DNA of 64,000 bases from an uncultured Faecalicoccus sp. (GTDB lineage Bacteria > Bacillota_I > Bacilli_A > Erysipelotrichales > Erysipelotrichaceae). The notes beneath the pieces were generated by a model. The model was not told the origin of the DNA and ran no database searches. It saw nothing but the letters and a program-made list of their open reading frames with translations. How positions within the stretch are numbered: the first letter of the stretch is position 1; the number at the start of each line of letters is the position of its first letter. The stretch covers positions 54,311 through 118,310 of the forward strand of contig CABVDD010000001.1 of assembly GCA_902497095.1 (NCBI GenBank), in the 5' to 3' direction. Made by a program: the position numbers and the translations under genes. This document shows positions 17,663 through 26,789 of this stretch, in pieces.

Positions 17663-19043
17663 GAAAATCATCCGTTCTTTTATGATAACTTTTTTAATCT
17701 CTTTTTTATTGGGATTTAGTATTTTATATACTGTTTTATATATGGTCTTTTTAGAAAATCAGCGCAGTGAACAGTTTCAGGAATTACAGATCATAGAGAA
17801 AATGGGTGATGAAGATCAAAAAGATGTTGGACAGTATTTGATGGATAATGATTCACGATTGACAATTATTCAAACCGATGGAACGGTAATTTATGATAAT
17901 ACTGTATCAAATATTGATGAAAATCATCTACAAAGAGAAGAAGTGCAACAAGCGCTGGATTCCGGAAAAGGAAGTACGATTCGTAAATCGGAAACAACGA
18001 AACAAAATTATTTATACACGGCAGTTTTTGATGCCAAAAATGCGAAGATCTTTCGTTTGGCCATTCCGTTTCAAGGAATTTCTCAATCTTGGTTTGTTTT
18101 GATGCCAAGCTTTGTGGTAGCTTTTCTGGTAGCTTTATCTACCGTATGGTTTATATCTAAAAAGATGGCTACATCTATCATATTGCCGCTGCAAAAAATT
18201 TCTCAAACGATATGGACTACTCGTATCGGTAAAGAGAAAATACATTTTGACGAATATAATTATCCCGAACTCAGTGAGATTACAGTGGCTATTGAATCCA
18301 TGAATGAGGAAATAGGTGAAAACTTAAATCAATTGGAAAAACAAAAACAAATTCGTCAAGAGTTTTTCTCAAATGCTTCTCACGAATTAAAAACGCCGTT
18401 AACATCTATCATGGGCTATACGGAATTGCTTCGAACCCATACTATTACCGATCCAAAACAAGTAGATCGCTGTTTAGAACATGTGGCAAGAGAAGGAAAG
18501 CATATGACACAGCTTGTCAATGACATATTGATGATTTCCAAGCTGGAAAGTGAAGAGTATAAAGCACCATTTACGCATATATCGGTTCGTGAAGTTGTCA
18601 ATGGACTTTTAGAACGTTTTAAGGTGCAACAAGAAAAGATGAACTTGAATATCAATGTCGATTGTCAAGATTTATATGTATATGCCAATAAGGGACACAT
18701 AGAAGGTGTTTTTGAAAATCTGATCAGTAATGCCGTAAAATATAATGTATATGATGGCACTGTTACCATATGTTGTTATGCATCGGGAAAAGATATGGTT
18801 TTAAAGGTACAAGATACAGGTATCGGTATACCTGAAGAGGATCAAGAAAAAGTATTCCAGCGATTTTATCGAGTGGATAAACAACGATCTAAAGTTATTT
18901 CTGGAACGGGTTTAGGGTTATCGATCGTAAAGCACATCGTTCATTTTTATAAAGGATCCATTCAACTGGAAAGTAAAGAACAAAAAGGAACAACTATTAC
19001 GTTGTCCCTTCCTATCTTGGTGCAGACCATTCCGGAATCTTAA
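17655..19043 (+). CDS. Sensor histidine kinase (two TM segments, HisKA + HATPase_c)
   Basis: H-box FFSNASHELKTPLTSI, N-box ENLISNAVKY, G-boxes DTGIGI and GTGLGLSIV. ATG 17655 overlaps the response-regulator stop; GTG 17646 is an alternative start. Confidence 0.9.
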   Translation: MRKKIIRSFMITFLISFLLGFSILYTVLYMVFLENQRSEQFQELQIIEKMGDEDQKDVGQYLMDNDSRLTIIQTDGTVIYDNTVSNIDENHLQREEVQQALDSGKGSTIRKSETTKQNYLYTAVFDAKNAKIFRLAIPFQGISQSWFVLMPSFVVAFLVALSTVWFISKKMATSIILPLQKISQTIWTTRIGKEKIHFDEYNYPELSEITVAIESMNEEIGENLNQLEKQKQIRQEFFSNASHELKTPLTSIMGYTELLRTHTITDPKQVDRCLEHVAREGKHMTQLVNDILMISKLESEEYKAPFTHISVREVVNGLLERFKVQQEKMNLNINVDCQDLYVYANKGHIEGVFENLISNAVKYNVYDGTVTICCYASGKDMVLKVQDTGIGIPEEDQEKVFQRFYRVDKQRSKVISGTGLGLSIVKHIVHFYKGSIQLESKEQKGTTITLSLPILVQTIPES

Positions 19044-20005
19044 AGTTTTGATATTGGTCGAAGTGCAATATAAAGTATGATGTAGCGTAAGATATCCACT
19101 AAGATAAAGAGAATAAATACGCGAATTGGATAATCATTCGATGTGATATAGCCGATAAAACGAGGCAGGAAAGCCACGATGGATATACCTTCTGCCAACA
19201 GACACCCAAGTAAAATCTTTTTGGAGGCCGGATGATTGTAATACATAAAGAATACAGGTATGGTCCAGATCACAGCGCTGATTATACAAAGCATGAAGAT
19301 ATCTTTTGTCGCAAATACGGTTTTTAAATCGTTGCTGACAAAAAAGCTGGAGAAAATTTGTACCACGATAGGAAAAATCATCAAGCTGGCATAAACCGCA
19401 ATACCAAGACGGATTGAAATCTGTGGCAGGGTATAGGGTTCTTTTTCTTCATACTCTTCTTCTATCTCGGTTTCTGGTTCTTGATATGTAGAACGAATAG
19501 GCTCAAAAAGTTCTTCCTCTTGTGGATCATATTCATCTTCTTCGATTTCGATCACATAGTCAAAGAAGACTTTTGCCCACTGGTTTTGTTTAAGATAACT
19601 GCCTAGTGTGGAAAGAAAAATCAGCTTTATGAGCATACAGCCAATCAGAGTTCCATACACTAAGAATTTTGATAAATCTTCAAACAAATAGTAGCCTGGT
19701 ATGGCCAATAATCCTATTTCAAATACGTAACAAATCCAATAAAAGATGCGAAAAACTTTATAGCCACCGGATAACATTAAAAACAATATCAAATAAAGAA
19801 TGAGTTGTCCTGCTGCTAATACGATAAGCAGTGTGTTCGATAACTGACTTTCCTGTATAGAGAAGAAGTCTAAGTGCAGTAAAAACCAGACACCTGTAAA
19901 ATACAAAATCATCAGTAAGTAAGAAAGCCATAGATGTATCAGAACACGTGTTTTTGCTTTTTTATAAATTGTCGCATCATCTTGTTGATAATTGATCTTT
20001 TCCAT
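19040..20005 (-). CDS. Polytopic membrane protein of unknown function with a central highly acidic loop
   Basis: 321 aa counted from ATG 20005. The 388-aa track ORF would overlap the divergent gene, and the consensus promoter lies upstream of 20005. About 4+4 hydrophobic helices separated by IEIEEDEYDPQEEELFEP...ETEIEEEYEEKEP. Confidence 0.6.
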   Translation of the reverse strand: MEKINYQQDDATIYKKAKTRVLIHLWLSYLLMILYFTGVWFLLHLDFFSIQESQLSNTLLIVLAAGQLILYLILFLMLSGGYKVFRIFYWICYVFEIGLLAIPGYYLFEDLSKFLVYGTLIGCMLIKLIFLSTLGSYLKQNQWAKVFFDYVIEIEEDEYDPQEEELFEPIRSTYQEPETEIEEEYEEKEPYTLPQISIRLGIAVYASLMIFPIVVQIFSSFFVSNDLKTVFATKDIFMLCIISAVIWTIPVFFMYYNHPASKKILLGCLLAEGISIVAFLPRFIGYITSNDYPIRVFILFILVDILRYIILYIALRPISKL

Positions 20006-20014
20006 GTTAAATGT

Positions 20015-20043
20015 ATTATATGAAAAGGAGATTAGAATGTCAA
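20015..20043 (-). promoter_or_regulatory. Consensus sigma-A promoter TTGACA-N17-TATAAT driving the membrane-protein gene; predicts a leaderless mRNA
   Basis: Minus-strand -35 TTGACA (20043-20038), 17-nt spacer, -10 TATAAT (20020-15). Only 9 nt separate the -10 from ATG 20005, and there is no SD. Confidence 0.6.
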
Positions 20044-20402
20044 AAACTGTAACTATTGAACGAATTGTAGAAGAGTCCCATTTGGCATCCCATATGAAAA
20101 GTGGCTCTTTAGATGTATTGGCTACCCCACAGATGATCGCATGGATGGAAGAGGCCAGCTGCCAAGTTTTAGATTTGGAAGAAGGTATGACAAGTGTTGG
20201 TACCATGATGCATGTAAGTCATGATAAGGCCAGTCCATTGGGTGCCAGGATTTGTATTCGCTCTACTTTAAAAGAGCAGGATGGAAGAAAGCTTATTTTT
20301 TATGTAGAAGCTTTTCAAGATGATGCTTGTATTGGAAAAGGTGATCATGAGCGCTTTATTGTACAAGCTGATAAATTCTTGAAAAAGACATACGGTAAAT
20401 AA
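20037..20402 (+). CDS. Hotdog-fold thioesterase family protein
   Basis: 121 aa starting at MSKTVTIERIV with SD AAGGAG (20025-20030). Sequence pattern (SGSLDVLATPQMIAWMEEA) resembles small acyl-CoA thioesterases of the FlK-like group. Confidence 0.6.
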   Translation: MSKTVTIERIVEESHLASHMKSGSLDVLATPQMIAWMEEASCQVLDLEEGMTSVGTMMHVSHDKASPLGARICIRSTLKEQDGRKLIFYVEAFQDDACIGKGDHERFIVQADKFLKKTYGK

Positions 20403-20416
20403 AAGTTTACACATTA

Positions 20417-20455
20417 GCCAGATATCTCTATTTTAGAGATGTCTGGCATTTTTTT
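20417..20455 (+). terminator. Rho-independent terminator after the thioesterase gene
   Basis: Stem GCCAGATATCTCTA / AGAGATGTCTGGC, loop TTTT, followed by ATTTTTTT. Confidence 0.8.
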
Positions 20456-20631
20456 AACTATTATTTTAAAACAAATCTAATGCGGATCTTCTAAGAAATA
20501 AAAATGTTAATAAAAAATAGGATTTATTTCTTTTCTAGTATATTTTTAAGTTGTATTCAAAGAGTTAGACTTGAAACTGAGATAAATCTAAGTAAAATAT
20601 TTTTTGAGATGTTAAAAAGTAATTGGGAGGA

Positions 20632-21828
20632 ATGATTGTGTATAACGTTCGTAGAGTTCAAGAGGATTTGATTTGGGTAGGAGCCAGTGATCATCGCCTG
20701 AATCTGTTTGAAAATATTCATCCGATTCCAAGAGGAGTTTCTTATAATTCTTATGTGTTGCTGGATGAAAAAAATGTATTGTTTGATACAGTAGACTGGT
20801 CTGTTTGTGGACAGTTTTTAGAAAATTTAAAACATGTTCTACAGGGAAAAGAATTAGACATTATTGTGATTCACCATGTAGAGCCAGATCATTTGGCAAG
20901 TTTAGAAGAAGTAATGCTTCGCTATCCAAAGGCTAAGATTTATGCGACAGCCAAGGCCGTTACCATGATGGAACAATTTGGTTTTGCCGTAGAAGGTAAA
21001 ACACAAGCTGTAAAAGAAGGCGATACATTAGAATTAGGTAAACATACATTGACTTTTGTCATGGCACCTATGGTACATTGGCCAGAAGTTATGGTAAGCT
21101 ATGATACATATAGTAAAACATTATTTTCGGCAGATGCATTTGGAACATTTGGTGCATTAGATGGTAAATTGTTTAATGATGAAGTTGATTTTGATAGAGA
21201 TTGGATTGATGATGCACGTCGTTATTTCACCAATATTGTTGGTAAATACGGTATGCAGACAATGAATCTTTTAAAGAAAGCTAGTCAGTTGGATATTGAG
21301 ATGATTTGTCCGCTTCATGGACCGGTTTGGAGAAATAACTTCTCATATATTATTGAAAAACATCAGCTTTGGGCAACTTATACACCGGAAGTAAAAGGTG
21401 TTATGATTGCGTATGCATCGGTATATGGGCATACCGAAAGTGCGGCGCAGGCTTTGGCTTCTAAGTTAGTACAAGCAGGAATTAAAGATGTCGTAGTTTA
21501 TGATGTATCGAATACAGATCCATCTTATCTGGTTTCTGAAGCATTTAAATATTCACATATCGTATTGGCTTCCAGTACATATAATGCATGTGTATTCCCA
21601 AAAATGCAGGATTTCATGGAACATTTAAAGATGTTGAACTTACAAAATCGTACCGTTGCGATCATGGAAAATGGATCGTGGGCCAGCATGTCAGGAAATC
21701 TGATGCGAAAAATGTTGGAAAGTATGAAGAATATGAACGTTTTAGATTGTAGCGTAAAGATCAGTAGTGCTTTACACACAGAAGAGCCATTAGATGCATT
21801 GACAAAGGCAATTCAAGAGTCTATGTAA
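20632..21828 (+). CDS. Flavodiiron protein (FprA-type A flavoprotein, O2/NO reductase)
   Basis: Metallo-beta-lactamase-like diiron domain with HHVEPDH, followed by a C-terminal flavodoxin domain (AYASVYGHTE). The start is ambiguous: ATG 20632 or GTG 20638 after SD GGGAGG. Confidence 0.85.
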   Translation: MIVYNVRRVQEDLIWVGASDHRLNLFENIHPIPRGVSYNSYVLLDEKNVLFDTVDWSVCGQFLENLKHVLQGKELDIIVIHHVEPDHLASLEEVMLRYPKAKIYATAKAVTMMEQFGFAVEGKTQAVKEGDTLELGKHTLTFVMAPMVHWPEVMVSYDTYSKTLFSADAFGTFGALDGKLFNDEVDFDRDWIDDARRYFTNIVGKYGMQTMNLLKKASQLDIEMICPLHGPVWRNNFSYIIEKHQLWATYTPEVKGVMIAYASVYGHTESAAQALASKLVQAGIKDVVVYDVSNTDPSYLVSEAFKYSHIVLASSTYNACVFPKMQDFMEHLKMLNLQNRTVAIMENGSWASMSGNLMRKMLESMKNMNVLDCSVKISSALHTEEPLDALTKAIQESM

Positions 21829-21852
21829 GAGGTTTGATAACCTCTTTTTTTT
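21828..21852 (+). terminator. Rho-independent terminator after the flavodiiron gene
   Basis: AGAGGTT-TGAT-AACCTCT followed by T7. Confidence 0.8.
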
Positions 21853-21911
21853 GATTGACATTCATTTTTTGTAAGTCTAAGATATCAGTGTATACCAAAG
21901 AAGGCGATAAT

Positions 21912-23159
21912 ATGCAATTAAAGCAAATTAATACAGAAGTTTATGAAAATTGGATATGCCAATTTGATGGTCGCAATTTTCTACAGTCCAGCTATGAAGG
22001 AGAAAAGATGAAAAAAGATGGCTGGGATGTACGATATATTGCCGGAATGAAAGAAAATACGATTCAAGTTTGCGCATTGGTTGCGATAAAACCTTTGATG
22101 AAATTGTTTCATTATGCTTATATACCTAGAGGTCCTTTTTATACAGATTTCAATGTTCTAAACGAGTATTATTTGTTATTGAAAAAGTATTTAAAGAAAG
22201 AAAACTGTGTATATCTGGAAACGGATCCCTATATTCCTTTGCGACAAAGAGATAAAGATGGGCAGATCGTATCGGATGGATGGAATCATTTAGAAGTTGT
22301 AGATCAATATAAAGCAATGGGGTTTGCGCATCTGCCTTTAAAACAAGGTTATGATATGACCAAACAATGTCGATGGATGTCTGTTTTGTATTTAACGGAT
22401 CAAACCAAAGAACAAGTATTTAAGTCTTTTCCTTCTAAGACTCGTCAAAATATAAAAAATTCATTAAAGTACAATATCAAAGTGCGAAAGCTTGAAAGAG
22501 ATGAACTTTCCATTTTACACGATCTTGTCAGTATGACTGGAGAAAGAAGACATTTTTCATCACTTTCTTTAGAATATTATCAAGAACAATACGATTATTT
22601 TAAAGATAAAGCACAGGCATATTATGCATATCTGGATATTGATGCGTATGTAGATAATATTTGTCAAAGTATTGAAAAAGAAAAAGAAGTCATTCAACAA
22701 GCAAAGCTTCATCTGCAGGAAAATCTACATTCTAAAAATTCACAGAATCGTTTACATACTGCCACTTTGCATTTAGAGTCTTTATATAAACGACAAGAAG
22801 AAGCCAAACTTTTACAAAAAGAACATGGGCATCAATTGGGATTGGCAGCTGCAATGTATATCTTTTATGGAAAAGAAGTCGTATATTTGATGAGTGGTTC
22901 TAATGATGCTTATAAAAAGTTTAAAGCCCCGTATGCTTTGCAGTGGACAATGATCCAAAAGGCAATTGAACAAGGGTATACAGAATATAACTTCTATGGT
23001 ATCAGTGGTTTATTTGAACCGGATCAGGAAGGATATGGAGTCTTTGATTTTAAAAGGGGATTTAATGCGGTTGTGGTAGAGTTGGTTGGAAACTTTATTT
23101 TGCCAATACATCCTGTACTTTTTGATGTATATAAGAAAAAGAATCATTTAGAAATTTAA
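21912..23159 (+). CDS. FemAB-family peptidoglycan interpeptide-bridge aminoacyltransferase (paralog 2)
   Basis: Same architecture as 15617-16888, including the coiled-coil insertion. Clearly diverged from paralog 1, and alignable only in blocks by eye. ATG 21912 follows SD GAAGG. Confidence 0.8.
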   Translation: MQLKQINTEVYENWICQFDGRNFLQSSYEGEKMKKDGWDVRYIAGMKENTIQVCALVAIKPLMKLFHYAYIPRGPFYTDFNVLNEYYLLLKKYLKKENCVYLETDPYIPLRQRDKDGQIVSDGWNHLEVVDQYKAMGFAHLPLKQGYDMTKQCRWMSVLYLTDQTKEQVFKSFPSKTRQNIKNSLKYNIKVRKLERDELSILHDLVSMTGERRHFSSLSLEYYQEQYDYFKDKAQAYYAYLDIDAYVDNICQSIEKEKEVIQQAKLHLQENLHSKNSQNRLHTATLHLESLYKRQEEAKLLQKEHGHQLGLAAAMYIFYGKEVVYLMSGSNDAYKKFKAPYALQWTMIQKAIEQGYTEYNFYGISGLFEPDQEGYGVFDFKRGFNAVVVELVGNFILPIHPVLFDVYKKKNHLEI

Positions 23160-23195
23160 AAAGGACAAAGTTTTTTCGCTTTGTCCTTATTTTTG
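23159..23195. terminator. Bidirectional terminator between convergent genes
   Basis: Stem AAGGACAAAG (23161-70) / CTTTGTCCTT (23179-88), with an A-run upstream and a T-run downstream. Confidence 0.7.
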
Positions 23196-24884
23196 TAGGG
23201 TACTATCAATATAACCGGCTTTGTTTGTGTCTAGATCTTCTGGCTTACCAAATCCATACCAAACCATATATCCTTCATAGCCAGAATCATTGATGCCTTT
23301 GATCTGGTCTTTGATTTCATCAGGGCTTAGATCTCCATAAGCCTGAATCCAAGAGCGATAAACAGGTGGATTGTCGAGCTCTTTCATTTCTTTGGCAGCT
23401 AATTGTGTATATTCTTCTAATACTTTGCCAGGTTCACTTCCTGGATCCTCAATACCCATAGCGCCGGCTGAGAAGTGATCGGAATAAGGCATTGGACAGA
23501 TGATATCCACGCTATTGGCAATGGCTAGATAAAATTGTCCGATATCTTGATCATCTTGAGCTACTAAAGGCCATGCGAAGACATCAGCTGCCACATAGAC
23601 ATGGTAGGGTTCTAACTCTTCTTTGGCATATTGTAGAAATCCTTGTAAAGCGGCTGTCTTACTTTCGTTATATGTATTTTTTAAATCAATAGAGTCCATG
23701 CTTGCGCTTAGTCCATCCGGAAAGCGAACGTAGTCAAACTGAATTTCGTTGACGTTGCATTGTGCGATTTCTTTGGCAATGGCTACATTATACATCCAGG
23801 CTTTACGAGAGTAGGCGCTGGGCCAATATTCATCATTATGAATGACTAGATTGCCATTTTTATCGGTAATGGATTCTTTACTGTTTTGTAGGGCAAAGAT
23901 TTGATCTTTAAATGTGACGATACGTCCTATGATGTAATAGCCTTGTTCCTGAAATTCTTTGAATAGCGCTTTTAGTTCTTTAATAGTAACCAAAGCATTT
24001 GATTTTGCCTGTTGAGGATCGCTTAAATACTCATCTGCTGCTTTAGAGTCATACCATAGATAGCCAGCATCTCCTTTGAGTTCGACAACATAGGCATTGA
24101 TACCTGTTTCTTTGTTTAAATTCAAATAATAATCTTTATTTTGAATCATATTTTCTAATGAAACATGAACCGCATTACAATTTTCTAATAATGGATTATC
24201 TGTATAATTTGCTGTTTGTGTAGGTTTGTAATCTATTTGATCAATATAAGCATCTTTGGAATACCCATCTCCATAATAAGCATCCCAATAGGTTGAATAA
24301 GTAATGTTTGTGTTCCAGTTTTTGGTAGCTAAGTCTTTATCGGTTTCTACATATTTTCCATTGACCCAATACTTATGTCCATCTTTTTCTATTTGATACC
24401 AGCGAATTTCTCCAGTTGTTATATCCAAATCATCAATATCGATTTTTGAAACATGTACTTTTTCACCTTTTTTTACGACTTCATCACATAAAGGACCATC
24501 TTTTTTTTCGCGAAGATTAAGTAGCCTTCGTGGATAAATGGTATCAATTTGAATACATTCCTCCAGTGTATTTTTAAGATAGCTATTATCTAAAGTGATC
24601 TGCATACCTTCATATTGGAATGATGATTCATTCTCTTTTTTTTCAGACAGGCGGACAGCGGTACCGCGAGGAATGCTGATGTTTTTTTCCGCAGCCTCTC
24701 CATCCACGATATAAGGCACACTGACCTGCAGTGTGTTTTCCTTACTGTATATATAGCGGACAGGATGAATCGCATTATAAATGCCTGAGATTACAGCGAT
24801 TAGACAAGATACCAAAAAAGCTGTGGCAATCAATGCACCGCCTATCCGAATGAGGGCGCCTGTTCTAATTTTTCTCTTTTTCAT
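23187..24884 (-). CDS. Membrane-anchored putative glycoside hydrolase (DUF4015-like TIM-barrel domain)
   Basis: 565 aa, N-terminal TM helix. C-terminal half with EIQFDYVRFPD-type motif that I recall from the putative glycosyl hydrolase DUF4015 family. Not verifiable here. Confidence 0.5.
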   Translation of the reverse strand: MKKRKIRTGALIRIGGALIATAFLVSCLIAVISGIYNAIHPVRYIYSKENTLQVSVPYIVDGEAAEKNISIPRGTAVRLSEKKENESSFQYEGMQITLDNSYLKNTLEECIQIDTIYPRRLLNLREKKDGPLCDEVVKKGEKVHVSKIDIDDLDITTGEIRWYQIEKDGHKYWVNGKYVETDKDLATKNWNTNITYSTYWDAYYGDGYSKDAYIDQIDYKPTQTANYTDNPLLENCNAVHVSLENMIQNKDYYLNLNKETGINAYVVELKGDAGYLWYDSKAADEYLSDPQQAKSNALVTIKELKALFKEFQEQGYYIIGRIVTFKDQIFALQNSKESITDKNGNLVIHNDEYWPSAYSRKAWMYNVAIAKEIAQCNVNEIQFDYVRFPDGLSASMDSIDLKNTYNESKTAALQGFLQYAKEELEPYHVYVAADVFAWPLVAQDDQDIGQFYLAIANSVDIICPMPYSDHFSAGAMGIEDPGSEPGKVLEEYTQLAAKEMKELDNPPVYRSWIQAYGDLSPDEIKDQIKGINDSGYEGYMVWYGFGKPEDLDTNKAGYIDSTLQK

Positions 24885-24942
24885 CAGAAGAACAATATCA
24901 TAATTGATAAAAAAAAGTCAATTTTGGTCCAAAATTGACAAG

Positions 24943-25347
24943 TTATCCCCACTTTTTCATGGAAATATACGATAGACACTGTCCTACAAAAGCACCGCAT
25001 GTGTCAATGAGCACATCTCTAAATTGAGCAGAACGACCGGCAATGAAAAACTGATGAAACTCATCGGTGCAGGCATATAGAAAACAAAATAGAATCGCTA
25101 TTCCAAAAGCCCGTATGGAACATGGTTCTTTAAATGAGCGATATACGCAAAATCCTAAAAGCGTATATATCGTAAAATGAGCCAGCTTGCGAATCACAAA
25201 GCGTGCGGTATCTTCTTGTAGAAAGGGAAATAGAAATAAAAAAGAATCGCTTTGCATAGTGGATTGGCTTGCGTTTCTGCTGGAAAACCAGAAGATCAAT
25301 AATAAAATTATCAAACTGGCCCATCGCCATTTAATGTGTTTTGGCAT
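24943..25347 (-). CDS. VanZ family membrane protein
   Basis: 134 aa, 4 hydrophobic helices, TDEFHQFF...RDVLIDTCGA motif typical of VanZ-like proteins. Confidence 0.75.
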   Translation of the reverse strand: MPKHIKWRWASLIILLLIFWFSSRNASQSTMQSDSFLFLFPFLQEDTARFVIRKLAHFTIYTLLGFCVYRSFKEPCSIRAFGIAILFCFLYACTDEFHQFFIAGRSAQFRDVLIDTCGAFVGQCLSYISMKKWG

Positions 25348-25849
25348 ATTGAAGTAACAGCAGATTTCGGGCTTTTAAATAGTCGCTGTCGCAAAAACTA
25401 TTGATCGTTTTGATCGTATGATATTCAAAGTACTTTTGAAGATCGGCATCATCAATGATTATATAGGAATAAATTTGATGAAAGTCGATGTATTCCTGAA
25501 TGACTTGAAAACGAGGTGTAGATTTTTTTGTTGTGCCTATAAAGGCGTACTCTAGATGCAGTATTTTAAAAAGATAATAAAGTTCACGCCTGGAGTAAAT
25601 CAATCGCCATGAACTGGTTAAAACAATTTGTGCATTAAATTCATCGACCAGCTTTTTTAAAAGCATACAGGCAGTATGATCAAAACCATAATACACAAGA
25701 TTTGTAAAATAAATGTTTAATTTTAAGAAAGCAGGATCTTTATGTTCTGCGGCAAGTTTTTGATTTAAATGATGGTCCAAAGCAGGGCAGTTGTTTGTTT
25801 TTAAGGGATGTAATACCCCGTCAATGTCCAAAAAGATAATAGGATGCAT
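25331..25849 (-). CDS. HAD-like domain protein (HAD domain of 'Swiss-army-knife' RNA-repair type)
   Basis: 172 aa. IFLDIDGVL, VLTSSWR and IIIDD motifs. Its 3' end overlaps the VanZ gene start by 17 nt. Confidence 0.6.
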   Translation of the reverse strand: MHPIIFLDIDGVLHPLKTNNCPALDHHLNQKLAAEHKDPAFLKLNIYFTNLVYYGFDHTACMLLKKLVDEFNAQIVLTSSWRLIYSRRELYYLFKILHLEYAFIGTTKKSTPRFQVIQEYIDFHQIYSYIIIDDADLQKYFEYHTIKTINSFCDSDYLKARNLLLLQYAKTH

Positions 25850-25931
25850 ATTCTCCTCCTATCCATATTGTACAAAATACGAAAGTCAGGGGCAAGATAT
25901 GATACAATGAAAGACAAAAGGAGGCTTCCTT

Positions 25932-26789
25932 ATGAAACAAAAAGTAGTTTTAGTGACCGGTATGTCCGGAGCTGGTAAATCCAGTGCTATGAATGCTTTA
26001 GAAGATATGGGCTATTATTGTATAGATAACTTTCCTAAAGAGCTTTTGCCAAATTTAGAGAGCTTGTTGGAAAAAGAAGAGCATTATCAGTATGTGGCTT
26101 TATCTGTTAGTGCTATTGATTATTTAGATTTTGTGACATATTTTAAAAATCTGCCGGAGCCAATTTCAATCGTCTTTTTAGATTGCAGCGATGAGGAATT
26201 ATTGCTTCGATATCGATTTACAAGACGTCATCATCCAATGATTGCCATAGGCCAGGCAACTACCATAGAAGAAGCTATTGAAATGGAACGCGATCTTTTT
26301 GATCAAATACAAGACAGTGCGCCGGATATGATACATATAGATACGACAAAAATCACACCGGCTTCTTTGGCAAGACGTATCCGTCATCGCTTTAAGATGC
26401 AACAAAAAAGTCAGTTTACTTTAACATTTCAATCTTTTGGGTTTAAACACGGTGTTCCGCTAGATGCGGATATGGTAATCGATGTCCGTTTTTTGCCGAA
26501 TCCATTTTATGAACCAGATTTACGAGATAAGACAGGAAATCAAAAAGAAGTATATAACTATGTAATGGATAAACCGGAAACACAGGATTTTATTGTACGT
26601 TTAAAGAATTATACGGATTTTGTCTTTGAAAGTTACGATCAACAAAATAAAAACCATATGATCGTTGCTGTAGGATGCACCGGTGGACAACATCGTTCTG
26701 TATCAATTTGTAATTGGCTGTACGATACATATAAGGATACTTATCGCTGTTTTAAATCGCATCGGGATATAGGAGTGGATGAAGAATGA
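25932..26789 (+). CDS. rapZ: RNase adapter protein RapZ (YvcJ)
   Basis: 285 aa, Walker A GMSGAGKS, C-terminal GCTGGQHRSV motif. Followed by yvcK and whiA. Confidence 0.9.
   Translation: MKQKVVLVTGMSGAGKSSAMNALEDMGYYCIDNFPKELLPNLESLLEKEEHYQYVALSVSAIDYLDFVTYFKNLPEPISIVFLDCSDEELLLRYRFTRRHHPMIAIGQATTIEEAIEMERDLFDQIQDSAPDMIHIDTTKITPASLARRIRHRFKMQQKSQFTLTFQSFGFKHGVPLDADMVIDVRFLPNPFYEPDLRDKTGNQKEVYNYVMDKPETQDFIVRLKNYTDFVFESYDQQNKNHMIVAVGCTGGQHRSVSICNWLYDTYKDTYRCFKSHRDIGVDEE

Noticed and set aside
20006-20206. N-terminal 67-aa extension of the membrane-protein ORF (track start at 20206).
   Set aside because: It would overlap the thioesterase gene in antisense for 170 nt. A consensus promoter sits inside the extension, immediately upstream of ATG 20005.
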